In this document: one piece after another, positions 13,811 to 26,320 of the stretch
Layout: every line of letters starts with the position of its first letter
How positions within the stretch are numbered: position 1 is the stretch's first letter
Origin: Octopus vulgaris
Lineage: Eukaryota
Direction of reading: 5' to 3'
DNA length: 64,000 bases
Assembly: GCA_951406725.2 (NCBI GenBank)
Contig: OX597834.1
Location: forward strand, 37,572,001 to 37,636,000
Notes under the pieces: model-generated
Database searches by the model: none
Told to the model about the DNA's origin: nothing
Seen by the model: the letters and a program-made list of their open reading frames with translations, nothing else
Made by a program: the position numbers and the translations under genes

Positions 13811-14807
13811 TGAATATATACATATATATATATATACATATATATTTATATGAGATATACTTATATATGTATGTGTATATATATATATAAAGTCACTAAC
13901 ACACACACACACAAAGGTTAAATAAATGTGATGTTTAGATAGTGTTTTATGAACTTATGAACACGACTCTCAAAATGTTGAGTGTCAACAAAAGATCTAA
14001 GCAAAAAAAAAAAAAAACGGAACCACTTGGCTTCAAGCTCATGTCTGTCTGTCTGTCCGTCTGTCAGTCTTTTTATCGTGCTCCATAATTAATACAGCTT
14101 AATTGAGTCAACAGGAGTGAGAAAAAGATAGTCTAATTCCAGCTGATGCCTTCCTCATCTTTTTTTTTCACTTGTTTTAATCATTAGACTGTGGCCATAC
14201 TGGAGCCTGAAGGATTTTTAATAGAGTGAATCAACCTTGGCGCTTTTCTGGTTTTTTTTTTTTATAAAACCTGTTACTTATTCTATCAATTTCTTTTGAC
14301 AGACTGCTAAGTTACAGGGATATAAACAAACCAACACCAGTTATATCAAGTGGTTGTTTGTGTGGAAGACGCAGATGCAAAGATACACACATGCACAGAT
14401 GTATAAATATATATTTGAGGCTGTGCAGCCTTCAGGCTTCCCAAACCCCAATTGAACCGTCCAACCCATGCTAGCATGGAAAGCAGATGTTAGATAATGA
14501 TGATGATGATGATGATGAATTACAGCTAATGCTAACGCTACTTTGTAATAATCCTTATTACTATACCTATCTATCTATCTATCTATTTATCTATATTCTT
14601 TTATTCTTTTACTTGTTTCAGTCATTTGACTGTGGCTATGCTGGAGCACTGCCTTTAGTCAAACAAATCGACCCCAGAACTTATTCTTTGTAAGCCTAGT
14701 ACTTATTCTATCGGTTTCCTTGTGCTGAACCGCTAAGCTACAGGTACGTAAACACACCAACATCAGTTGTCAAATGATGTGGGGCGGGGGGACAAACACA
14801 GGCACAA

Positions 14808-14850
<43 letters not shown>

Positions 14851-15086
14851 TAGATAGATACACATGCATATATGAATACAGGACGTGACCAATGGTTCAA
14901 ACAACATGAAATATGTAAACAAACAAGTTAATTACGTAAACAACAAGAAAGAAATGGAGAACAGGACTAGTAAATGCAGAGAAAGGACCCTTCATTAGTT
15001 GTCAGCTGTCTAACTTGCCCAAAGTGCCACACAGTGGGACTGAACCCAGAACCATGTGTTTGGGAAGCAAGTTCCTTACCACATTG

Positions 15087-15470
15087 AAGAGTACGGTATT
15101 ATATATCCATTAAGGCCTATCTTACCAATTAGTTTCTCACTAGGGATTCAACAGAGTTAAGTAACACTTAGGCAACAGTACGATTATGTAACTCAGCACT
15201 CATCAGAGGTGGCTGTTATGGAATGAAATATGGTAACTGCTCTCTATTGTTGGGTTGGGTGTGCACAGACACCTCCAGCATTAGAGAGAAGTCTCCATAT
15301 TTCATTCCATAATCAGACTGTTACTTAATAATCCAGTGAAGCCATAGGGCAAAACTGATTGGTAAATACCAGCCATAATGGATAATAAATTACTGTACAC
15401 TTCGATTAATATATCCACTCTACTGACAGATATACAAGTGCATTTTTCCCTGACTAAGGACTCTTTGATG
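15087..15470. mobile_element. Palindromic Penelope-like terminal element with hammerhead motif (family shared with 63611-63895)
   Basis: Outer arms 15087-15136 / ~15352-15403 and an inner hairpin ttatggaatgaaatatgg / ccatatttcattccataa. Homologous to 63611-63895. Confidence 0.7.
15118..15210 (-). ncRNA. Type I hammerhead ribozyme-like motif, slightly degenerate
   Basis: Minus: cct CTGATGA gtgct...agtga GAAA c taattg GTA aga. The stem II closing pair is mismatched (G.A). Confidence 0.5.
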
Positions 15471-16078
15471 GCTTACACACGCACACACACACACACATAT
15501 ATATATATACATAATAGGCTTCTTTCAGTTTCCATCTACCAAATCCACTCACAAGGCTCTTTGCCAGCCCAAGGCTGTAATAGAAAGCACTTGTCCAAAG
15601 TGCCACACTGTGGGACTGAACCTGGAACCACGTGGTTGGGAAGCAAGCTTTTTACAACACACCAACATCCTATACCTGAATACTTTTCTAAAACAATATT
15701 TATTATAACTTCATCTGTCTTTATGTACTGAATTCAAATTCTGCTGAGGTTGGCTTTGCCTTTCATCCTTTCAGGGTTGATAAATTAAGTACCAGTAAAA
15801 CACTGGGGTTGATGTAGTTGACTGGCACCACCCTCCCCAAAAATCTCGAGTCTTGTGCCTAAAGTAGAAAAGAATATTCATTATGACTCCATCAGAGAAG
15901 TAAGAGAAGTTTCATTTATCACTTTGGGCTTCTGTGACTGATGGAAGAAACCAAGTTACTTTCAAACCAGAGACCTTGGTCAAATATTTGCAACAGAGTT
16001 GATTCCAGTAGCATAGTGGGGCTGGGGTTTGAGTGGGGGCAGTCTTCTCTGGGTGATGCTTTTGCTGGGGTGGGCACT

Positions 16079-16205
16079 TGGAAGAGGGAGACCCAGGAAG
16101 ACATAGAGCAAAGTATCGAAGAGTGACCCCAGGATGCTGAACCTTTCAGACAAGATGACAAAGGACCAAGATACCTTGCACCCTACTGTACTCAAGAAGC
16201 CCCGT
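16079..16205 (+). mobile_element. RTE-clade LINE 3' fragment
   Basis: Translates GRGRPRKT*SKVSKSDPRMLNLSDKMTKDQDT, matching the GRPRKTW..D..DR..W C-terminus typical of RTE ORFs. Confidence 0.75.
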
Positions 16206-16244
16206 TCTCCACAGCAGAAGTGTTAAGGCCACTTCCCCTGATGG

Positions 16245-16495
16245 AGATTCAGCATGACACAGAGTGTGACAAGGTTGGCCTTTTGAAATATAGGTACAAC
16301 AGAAACAGGAAGAAAGAGTGAAAGAAAGTTATGGTGAAAGAGTACAGCAGGGTCCGCCACCGACCCCTGTCAGAGCCTCGTGGGGCTTTAGGTGTTTTAA
16401 CTCAACAAACATTCACAATACCTAGTCTGGGAATCGAAACCACGATCGTACAACCGCAAGCCTGCTGCCCTAACCACTGGGCCACTGCACCTCCA
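16245..16495 (-). mobile_element. SINE family D (tRNA-derived head)
   Basis: Minus head ggaggtgcagtggcccagtggttagggcagc...gtttcgattcccag. Same family at 18090, 24645, 37330 and 45093. Confidence 0.82.
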
Positions 16496-17164
16496 CTGTA
16501 TACATATATACACCACACCACACCAGCTTACATCTCATAATTATTTAATGGCTGAGAATTCCTTTATTCTTTACTTTATACTAAGTACTCTGTATATATC
16601 AATAACAACTGCTCTGTATGCAGTACTCTATCATCGATACAATAAAAGAGTACAAAAGTACAGCCACAATAGCAAACAGATGCAGTGGCGTGTCTGTGAT
16701 TCACAGAAAGCAATGCAAGATATAGAATTCTCTAGATGCAATGGTGTTGCTATAAACAACAGGTGCTCGCAACAGAAACTGAAGTCCCTGACTGCTTGTT
16801 AATATTTGATTGATGGAGTTTATTATGTCTGCTATATGACTAATATAGCATTGCAGCTTGTTGGAATGGCAACATAGTACTACTACACTATAGAATAAAG
16901 TCATTATAGTATAGTTTCACTACAGTTAGTGCTTGTGGTGGTGAGCTGAGAGAGCCGATAGTACGCCTGACAAAACATTTAGTGGTATTCCTTTTGGCTT
17001 TTGGTTTTATGTCCTGAGTTCAAATACAGCTGAGTTTAATTTTGTCATTCATTCTTTCGAGGCCGATAAAATAAGTACCAGTTATGCACTGGAGGTTGAT
17101 GTAATCAACATGCCCCCCTCCCATCGAAATTGCTGGCCTTGTGCCAAAATTAGAAAGAAAGAAT

Positions 17165-17870
17165 TATAATATAGAGTTACTATAATTTAGTATCACTATT
17201 GTAATGTATCTCTATAGTATAGCATCACTATACCATAGTATCATTATACTTTAAGGATTATAACATAGAATCACCATAGTATTGAATCAATATACTATCA
17301 CTACAATACTATGCTAAGTAGGTACCAGAGGTACTATACTAATTAGGTGATCAGTTATAAAACAGTTCACTATAGCAAAATCCAACTATAAAGATACTCT
17401 ACAATGTTACGATATAGTGATACTATGATAGTATCTGATACCTTGTTAGAACATTATAGTATTGTAGGTGGGTGTAGTGGTACTATATCAGTATTACATT
17501 ATAGTCATACTACACTACTGTGATAATAAATTATAGTAACACTATTATACTAGTTCTTTAATCATTGTAGACTATTCTATAACATTGTTTCATTTTCCTA
17601 GTTAATATAGGTGCGTAGGTGGTAGTCGTAGTTGCACTAATATTGTCAGTAGTTCTAGTCATAATATAGTGGTTTCTTTATGCTTGCTGACACTATGTAT
17701 TAATCAAACTATACTATGGTGATACTGTTTCATAGTGATGCTATAGAAATACTCAACTATAGTGATATTCCTCTGTAGAAAAAATCTATTGTAATGATAC
17801 CGTACCTCAGTGATTATGTACTATAAAGATGCGACTAGGGTGAGACTTCAAACATCGTATTATAGTGCTC
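17165..17870. repeat. Old degenerate low-complexity array rich in ACTATAGT/TACTAT
   Basis: Recurrent ctatag, tactat and atagta words without a fixed period. Confidence 0.6.
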
Positions 17871-18089
17871 ACCCCTGTAGTAATTTACAGGGTTGGTGGT
17901 AGGAAATGACATTGACCCCTTCAATGCTTAAAAGGCATTTATTTTATTGTCCCCAAAAGAATGAAGGGCAAAGTCGGCCTCGATAGAATTTGAACTCAGA
18001 ACATAAAGAATGATGAAATTGTGGCTAAGCATTTTGCCTGGCATACTGATGATGCTGCCAGCTTCTCACCCTGTAGATGGGTAATAGTG

Positions 18090-18467
18090 GCACTTTGTTG
18101 GTTGGGGCGACGAGGGATCTAGTTGATCTGATCAACGGAACAACCTGCTCATGAAATTAATGTGCAAGTGGCTGAGTACTCCACAGACACGTGTACCCTT
18201 AACGTAGTTCTCGGGGAGATTCAGCATGATACAGATCGTGACAAGGCTGGCCCTTTGAAATACAGGTACAACAGAAACAGGAAGAAAGAGTGAGAGAAAG
18301 TTGTGGTGAAAGAGTAGAGCGAAATTCGCTACCATCCCCTGCTGGAGCCTCGTGGAGCTTTAGGTGCTTTCGTTCAATAAACACTCACAATGTCCGGTCT
18401 GGGGATCAAAACCATCATCCTACAACCACAGGTCTGCTGCCCTAACCACTGGGCCATTGTGCCTCCA
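18090..18467 (-). mobile_element. SINE family D
   Basis: Matches 37330-37695 along its length. Confidence 0.85.
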
Positions 18468-18799
18468 CCCACATGGGTAATATTGTAGTGAATGTTCTTA
18501 ACTCCTGCTATCTATTTATCATCATCATCCTCATCATTGTCGTCGTCATCATTTCTATAAAACATTACCCTGCTTGCATAGATCAGATGGAAATTGCTGT
18601 GGTAGATTTTTCATAGGCACAGGTGTGGCTGTGTTGTAAGAAGTTTGCTTCCAAACTACACAGTTCCAGTTGAGTCTCACTCTGTGGCACCCTGGACAAA
18701 GTGTTTTCTACTGTAGCCTCAAATTGACCAAAGTCTTGTGAGTGGATTTGGTAGACAGAAACTGAAAGAAGCCTGTTGTGTATATATATATATATATAT

Positions 18800-18947
18800 T
18801 TTAAATTAAATTAAAGATAAAATCACTATTAGGCAAATCAAACAGTGAAAAACATAACCCAATACATAAAATTAATTAAAAAATATTGGCTTATGTTTTT
18901 CACTGTTTGATTTGCCTAATAGTGGTTTTATCTCTAATTTAATTTAA
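18800..18947. repeat. Inverted repeat, ~60-bp arms, between (TA)n tracts
   Basis: gataaaatcactattaggcaaatcaaacagtgaaaaacataa pairs with ttatgtttttcactgtttgatttgcctaatagtggttttatc. Confidence 0.9.
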
Positions 18948-19037
18948 TATAATATAATATAATATATTTATACTATAAAATTGGATTTAATCCTAAATCT
19001 AATTTTTCCCTGTAAGTTTGGATTTATTCCCTAATAT

Positions 19038-19079
<42 letters not shown>

Positions 19080-19313
19080 AGTCAATTCAAGAATATCTTA
19101 TTCTTATTAAGGATTAATAAACCCAAAATTTACTGACTTAATCTCCATCACATAAGAAGAAAATTTCTATGATGCGTTATGGATTATTATAATAGGTAAA
19201 ATTAATAATTTAAGAAAATGGAGAGTTGAGGATGTATATTTAATTTATTTGCATCATAGCTTGTTTTTAAAATATAAATGCAAATAAATTTTTGAAAAAC
19301 ATAATAGAAGACT

Positions 19314-19432
19314 CAAAACACCTACATATGTTTCGATTCTGGCCCCTTGGTAATGCATAATTCAAATCATTTCGGTTAAATCAAATATTAAGAATTTAAG
19401 CTGTGAGGGAGTAGAATCTCTTCAGGGATTTT
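19314..19432 (-). ncRNA. Type I hammerhead ribozyme motif (left arm)
   Basis: Minus: cc CTGAAGA (19425-19419) gattct...agaatc GAAA C ATAT GTA (19325-19323) gg. Confidence 0.68.
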
Positions 19433-19692
19433 GTTTTAATAATAAGGAAGGTTGCATCTTTCTTGAAGTAATTCTAATCGACAACTAAAGAATTTTAATA
19501 TGTTATTACATATATGTTGTGTGTATGTATTTGGTAAGGTAAATAAATTGAGTATGTGAAAATAAATATAAAATAAGATTTATTACTTTACCAAGCACAT
19601 ACACACAACATATATGTAATAGCATATTAAACTTATTTAGTTGTCGATTTGAATTACTTCAAGAAGGATGTAACATTCGTTATTATTAAAAC

Positions 19693-19810
19693 AAAATCCC
19701 TGAAGAGATTCTATCCCTTACAGCTTAAATTCTTAATATTGGATTTTACCCAAATGATTTGAATTATGCATTACCAAGGGGCCAGAATCGAAACATATGT
19801 AGGTGTTTTT
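19693..19810 (+). ncRNA. Type I hammerhead ribozyme motif (right arm)
   Basis: cc CTGAAGA (19700-19706), stem II gattct/agaatc with a ~70-nt loop, GAAA (19790-19793), stem III C-ATAT-GT, cleavage triplet GTA ending at 19801, then gg closing stem I. Confidence 0.7.
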
Positions 19811-19868
19811 TGAGTCTTCTATTGTGATTTTTAAAAATTTACTTGCATTTATGTATTAAAAACATACT

Positions 19869-20385
19869 CTGATGCAAATAACAGGCATCATATTGAAAGA
19901 CTTCAGACAAAGAACATGCCTCCTCATTGATATGACTGTCCCAATCGATATAAATGTATCTGTCAAGACCTACCAAAAACTGAGCAAGTATAAAGATCTT
20001 GAAACAGAAATTAGCAAAATGTGGAACCTGACGACTAAAACAATACCTGTTGTCATAAGTACTCTGGGAATTGATAGCAAAAGGGGCTGACTGCTACCTA
20101 GCTCAGATACCAGGAAACCCCAAAATGGCAGAAATTCAAAAGATAGTGCTCATGGGAACTGCTCCTATCCTACATAAAATACTTTCTATGTAATCTCAAG
20201 TTTTAAAACAAACATAATTTTCGTATGGTTTCTTAAACATTCTCTAGAACAACACTATGTACAGAACCAAATATATAGCACCCCAGGCATAACACCAACA
20301 GGAACTTCTAACTTGTTGTCTCTTGAGGTTTCTGGGTGAGACCTGGAGTCAACTTGTACAAATGCAAAGCAAAAGTCAAACATAA
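19869..20385 (+). mobile_element. R4/Dong-like non-LTR retrotransposon 3' fragment (RLE domain plus 3' UTR) ending in (TAA)n
   Basis: CLLIDMTVPIDINVSVKTYQKLSKYKDLETEISKMWNLTTKTIPVVISTLG.., then after a frameshift IQKIVLMGTAPILHKILSM*. (TAA)n at 20387-20460. Confidence 0.85.
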
Positions 20386-20444
<59 letters not shown>

Positions 20445-20460
20445 TAATAATAATAATAAA

Positions 20461-20770
20461 TTCTTTTATTGGCCACAAGGGCTCACATAAAATCACATTA
20501 AAACACATACAACAACTTAAAAGACAAAAACAGGACAATACAATTGGTTTTACAGCGTGTAAACAATATAAATAACAATTAAAAATTAAACAATTTAAAA
20601 CTCCCAATAGAGGAAGCGTTTTAAGGATCTCATGGAAAACCCACAAAAGCCATGGGTGCTTGATCAACAGGGCAAGAGCCCTTCTCCTTTTATCTCTTCA
20701 CAGGTGCACGCTCAGAATTGGTCCTTTCACACTGGCCATTCTTCCAACATTCACCCACTTTTCAACAAAC
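20461..20770 (-). mobile_element. Probable L1/Tx1-like LINE 3' end
   Basis: Minus FVEKWVNVGRMASVKGPILSVHL*, then a T-rich UTR ending in aataaaagaa. Confidence 0.5.
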
Positions 20771-20857
20771 TTGCTACAAAGCACAAGGCCTGAAATTTTG
20801 TCGGGTGGGGACTAGTCATTTGCATCAACCCCAGTATTCAGCTGGTAATATTTTAGG

Positions 20858-21590
20858 GCAGCGAGCTGGCAGAATCGTTAGAATGCCAGGAAAAATGCTT
20901 AGTGGTATTTTGTCTGCCATTACGTTCTGAGTTCAAATTCTGCTGAGGTCGACTTTGCCTCGAGAAATTAAGTACCAGTTATGTAATGGGGTCGATATAA
21001 TCGGCTTAATCCATTTGTCTGTCCTTGTTTGTACTTTCTGTGTTTAGCCCATTGTGGGTAGTAAAGAAATACGTATTTTATCTGCTTGTATTTCGTTCTG
21101 AGTTCAAATTCGTCTGAGATCAACTTTGCCTTTCATTCTTTCGGGGTTGATTAAATAAGTACCAGTTACACACTGGGGTCAACGTAATCAACTTAATCCC
21201 TTTGACTGTCCCTGTTTGTCCCCATCAATGTTTAGCCCCCTTACTGTTTGCAATAAAGAAATAAAGATTTTATCAACCCTTAAAGGACGAAATGCAAAGT
21301 CAATCTCAGCACAGGTTGAATTCAGAATGTAAAAACGGACGAAATATCATGAAACATTTTGCCTGGCTTAGTAACAATTCTTGTTTCTTCACTAAATATA
21401 GAGTGGACAAACAAGGACAGACAAAGGGTTTAAGTCAATTATATCGACCCCAGTGTGTAACTGGTACTTAATTTATCAACCCCGAAAGGATGAAAGGCAA
21501 AGTTGACCTTGGCAGAATTTGAACTCAGAACCTAACGGCAGACAAAATACCACTAAGCATTTCGCCCGGCGTGCTAATGTTTCTGCCAGC
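20858..21590. mobile_element. Tail-to-tail cluster of SINE family B copies (plus dimer 20858-21265, minus copies 21270-21590)
   Basis: The family B body is seen twice on plus and twice on minus. Confidence 0.85.
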
Positions 21591-21619
21591 TAACAATTCT
21601 GGCAGCTCAAATCCTTAAC

Positions 21620-21654
<35 letters not shown>

Positions 21655-21799
21655 TGATGATGATAATAGTAATAATAATAATATAAACAATAATAATAAT
21701 AACAATAATAATAATAATGGAAGCTGTAAATCGGATCAGGACAGACCTGATCACATTTGCATAATGTTGCAAATTTGGTCGTGTCCAATAATTAACGAT

Positions 21800-22430
21800 G
21801 TGGTGGTGGTGGTGGTGGTGGTGTGTCAAGTTAAGGTAGTGGTGAGAGGGGTAATAATTGTAGAGGTGATAATGATTATAACAGTGGTGGTGGTAGTAGT
21901 GCTGTTGCTGCTGCTGGTTATGATGGTAATTGGTGGTGGTGGTGGTGGTGGTGGTGATGGTAATCAGTTGGCACCAGTGTTTGTGCTAGAAATGATGATG
22001 GAGGTGATGATGATGATGATGATGATTGTGGCTTAGTGGTGGTGATGGTAGTAGCACTGCTACTGTTGATTGCAGTGATGATGATGATGATGATGATGGC
22101 AATGATGACTTAATTCAGTGATGATGATGGCGGTGGCCATGATTGCACCAGTGTTAGCACAACTGACGATGACTGGGTTGATGCTGATCAGGATGATCAC
22201 AGTGGTGATGAGGATGAGGATCAAAAGAATGATAATGATGGCAATGATGAAAAGAATGATGATGATGACGATGATGATGATGATGATGAAAAGCATGATG
22301 ATTAAGATGATGATGATGATGATGATGGCAGTGGTGATTTAGTGGAGGTTTGTGGTGGCAGTGGGAGCGCTGCTGTTGCTGATGGCTATGACGATGGCAA
22401 TGATGGCAATAATGATGACGATGACGATGA
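21800..22430. repeat. (GGT)n/(GAT)n trinucleotide low-complexity block
   Basis: Direct inspection. Confidence 0.9.
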
Positions 22431-22971
22431 TTTCTTTCATTGGTGCAAGACCACAAATTCACAGGGCGGAGTTGAGACAAAACGAATAAATTGAACGCCG
22501 TCCCCTGCCCGCCCCACTCCCACACCCACACAAAACCCTGAATTCATGTGTCATTCTAGCTTCACATTATCATAGTTACAATAACACCAACAATCACCAC
22601 CATCGCCATCACCATCACCATCATAATCATCATCATCATCACCGTCGTCATCGTAATCATCATTATTATTCTTTTTGCAATAATAAAGAAAGGAACATGA
22701 AAGAAAAAATATGAAAAAATACAAAAAAAAAAGCTGTTTATATGTGTTTGTTTATTTTATTTAGTTATTTATTCAGTTCTTCCCTTTTATATCTGTGGAA
22801 TACTGCCACGAAAACAAATTAGAGTCTTTTATCTTCCAAACCATTAAATTCTATTAAAATTTCCTAAAATATTTGTTTTAAATGGATGAAAAGTGTTTGA
22901 ATGTTTAAGTTTTCGGTTATTCCACTCAGTGTTCAGGGAATCTAATGAACGGCTTCTAATTTCCATATATA

Positions 22972-23013
<42 letters not shown>

Positions 23014-23496
23014 TTTTATATTTATGTGTATATATATGTGTGTGTATATATATAAATATATATCTATTTATCGTTTGATGTAAGGACAAACAATCCTATT
23101 ATCGGAATAACATATTGTAAGTATGGAAAGCTCTAATGTAGATTAAATAAGTATGGAATCCTCTATCAGGATTAATGAGTGTGGAATACTTAAAGTGGTT
23201 TTAAAAGGATTAAATCCCCCATCCAGCCAATTTGGATTATATTCATGTGATGAAAAAGAATAAGTCTATGAGAAAGAAACAGCCATAATCATATGGTTAA
23301 CAAGTCCATTTTAGAAATGTGTTGAGCAAGGTTCAATTCTACTGTGTGTCACTTTGGAAATGTGTCATCCAGTGTAGATTTCGGTTGGTGAATACTCTGT
23401 AAGTGGAATTTGGAAGCCAAAGATATTATAGAAGCTGATTGATTTTATGCCTGTATGCCAAAACAAAAATACACATACACACACACATCTTATATA

Positions 23497-23544
<48 letters not shown>

Positions 23545-23698
23545 ATTATTTATGTATATAATTTTACTACTATTTACTATTCATTGTACTTTATTGATTT
23601 TTAGAATAAGGTTTTTATAGTATATGTTTTCTATATGGTGTGAATAACATCTTTCTTTATTGAATTGTTTAATAGAGGTTTTTCTCTAAATTATATAC

Positions 23699-23746
<48 letters not shown>

Positions 23747-23754
23747 TTATATAT

Positions 23755-24632
23755 ATGAGGAAAGCAGAAGATGGAGATAAAATTGATGAAGAAGAATTGA
23801 TTGACTCCAATTATCATTTATTAATTAATTACAAAAAGACAGAATCTTATCTTACAGCTGTTTCCGTTTGCGCAATTCCCAGGCTGAACCACCACAATAA
23901 TAATAATTGTTATCCTTGTAAATAATTAATTATACCGATTTGAATAGCGGAACTTCGTCAGAGCGGAAAAGTGAAGAAAAATAAAAGGGAAAAAGAAAAA
24001 GAAAAAGGAGAAAGCGAGAAAATGGTGAAATGTCAATTAATGTTACATGCTGTTCCACTGGAAAAGTTTCAATTGACAAGAATTTCGAAATAGAATTGGG
24101 ATAGTTACAATATTTAGTGGTACGTTCCTATACACGAGGGGAAGATATGGGTTAAATATATAATAACTATATGAGCAATTTGGTTAGATCAAAAAACAAA
24201 AATAAAAAGTAAGAAATATAATTAAAAGTACCAGTAATTACAGAACTAAATAATAACAGTTGACTGTAATTATTTATTGATTTTCTATGAATTTTACTTA
24301 TTATTTATATGTAGGCAGCTTACTTGAAACAACTCCAGGTCTGAAGTAGGAATGGTCTGGACAGTAAGAGGACACTATTGGTCAGTTAATTTTCAAGAAC
24401 AAAAGGTTAGCCATTAAGAAACTGTTAATCAATGGAGCAAATAGGTAAACCATGGATATTTGTTGTAAGGAGCCTTAGGTTGCTTATATCCATGCAGGTT
24501 AGAAGCATATAATGTAGAAGGGGACAGTTATGAATATTTGGGATTAAGGGGAGGAAATTACTGATTTGTCAAGTAATTTCTATGCTTACGTATGTCTTTC
24601 TCTAGCAGTTAAGAATGTTTAGCCAGTGTTAT
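23755..24632 (-). mobile_element. Penelope-like element 3' remnant (decayed GIY-YIG tail plus terminal repeat with hammerhead)
   Basis: Minus from 24632: TLAKHS*LLEKD../SIEIT*QI...HNCPF, which resembles the T.LSKHIW.LK...Y.I.W.I...C..C end of PLE endonucleases. A hammerhead motif lies downstream on the same strand. Confidence 0.55.
23848..23965 (-). ncRNA. Type I hammerhead ribozyme motif
   Basis: Minus: ct CTGACGA (23961-23955) agttccgc...gcgcaaacg GAAA C AGCT GTA (23855-23853) ag. The stem III loop AGCT is palindromic. Confidence 0.58.
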
Positions 24633-24644
24633 ATGAAGTTATGT

Positions 24645-24945
24645 GGAGACACATGGCCTAGTGGTTAGAGCAGCAGACTTGTGGTCAAGGGATTGCGGGT
24701 TCAAATCTCAGACTGGGCGATATGTGTGTTTATGAGCGAAACACCTAAGCTCCACGTGGCTCTGTCAGAAGGTAATGGCGAACTTCTGCTGACTCTTTCG
24801 TCACAACTTTCTCTCACTCTTTCCTCCTGCATCTAGCAGCTCGACTGCGATGCACCAGCGTCCCATCCAGGTGGGGAACCTATATGCCAAGGAAACTGGG
24901 AAACCAGCCCTTATGAGCCAGGTATGGCTCAAGAAGGAACAAACT
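24645..24945 (+). mobile_element. SINE family D variant
   Basis: ggagacacatggcctagtggttagagcagc...gggttcaaatctc head and gagcgaaacacctaagctccacg body. Confidence 0.8.
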
Positions 24946-25727
24946 ATTAAGTTATGCAACATGCATAGATGGGCAGGCTATATTAAATTTATATTACACA
25001 CCACAATAAACTATGTCATAATATATATATATATATATACATATTTCTATATATTTTTTGTATATTTATATATATTTTTATGTGTGTATAAATGACTAAA
25101 TCGTTAAGGTAAATATCAACAGTAAAATAAAGTGGGTTATGGAATTTAACAGATAGCAAAAAGAGGGGTGGTCAAAGGGACAAGCTAGAACCTTGGTGGT
25201 GTGTCATTTGACTTAATTCCTTCAAGGCAGGCCCCAGCATGGCCACAGACCAATAATTGAAACAAGTAAAATATATAGTAATATGTATAAAAATATAGAA
25301 ATATGTATACCTGTGTGTTTAGATGTGTGTACACACACACACACAGATACATACACTGATACACAGATGCACAAACACACACACACACACACAAACTCAC
25401 TTGCACACATGAAATAGTTGACTATTTTGGACAAACATAATGGTAGTTTTTCCAAAAAAATTCCAGACCGAAATAGTCAGACTGAAAAACTTAGCCAAAG
25501 TCCGAAATAATTTTCCTGGAAATTCTTCTGCTCTGAAATTGGCAGTTTCTACTTTTGTTCTGGAAATTTAACAGACAAAAGCACTCATTATTGTTTTGAA
25601 TTCTCAAACTAAGATCATTATATCTATATCCATATCGATCTCAGTGCCAATGCATGAAACTCTCAACCTTCGAGTCACTCTGTAACTTCTGCTGAGTTAT
25701 AATAATAATAGCAATAGTAATAATAAT

Positions 25728-25885
25728 CTACAGAAAATAGCACCACTAGGCACTGCACACATCTTATGTAAAGTACTTGCAATACAGGGAAAATAAGTGC
25801 GCTGCAACAAACCTGAGTGCAAACCCAAGGCACACAGAACCGTGCTCAGTAGTGCAGTGAAAGCACATGATAAAAACAAGACTAA

Positions 25886-25919
<34 letters not shown>

Positions 25920-26195
25920 CATAATAATCTAAAAACAGAAACAATTCCTAACATAGTAGGTGCCTTAGGCATGATAAAAAAATATTCAGAAAAATACATA
26001 ACAAAAACACCAGGACTTACAAACACATATAACATACAGAAAATTGCACTACTAGGCACTGCACACATCCTACGCAGAACACTTTCCATACAATAACCAT
26101 CAGAGCATCACAACAAATCACAGCACATACCCAAGGCACACAGAGCTGCGCTCGGTAGTGAAGTGAAAGCACGCTATAAAAATAAAACTACTGAA
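25728..26195 (+). mobile_element. Two 5'-truncated R4/Dong-like 3' ends, each bounded by (TAA)n
   Basis: KTETIPNIVGALGMIKKYSEKYITKTPGLTNTYNIQKIALLGTAHILRRTLSIQ* (25930-26096) and LQKIAPLGTAHILCKVL (25728-25780), with shared 3' UTR cccaaggcacacaga.c.g.gctc.gtagtg.agtgaaagcac. Confidence 0.85.
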
Positions 26196-26320
26196 GAATA
26201 ATAATAATAGTAATTATAATAATAATGATGATAATAATAATATTGATAATCATAATAATGATAATGATAATGATAATAATAATTTATATATAAATACACA
26301 CACACACACACATATATATA

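Larger units (their letters stand above)
19262..19864. mobile_element. Long palindromic element (~285-bp arms, ~28-nt spacer), probably inverted Penelope pseudo-LTRs
   Basis: Arms 19262-19549 and 19577-19864 are reverse complements with scattered mismatches. Each arm contains a hammerhead core. Confidence 0.85.
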
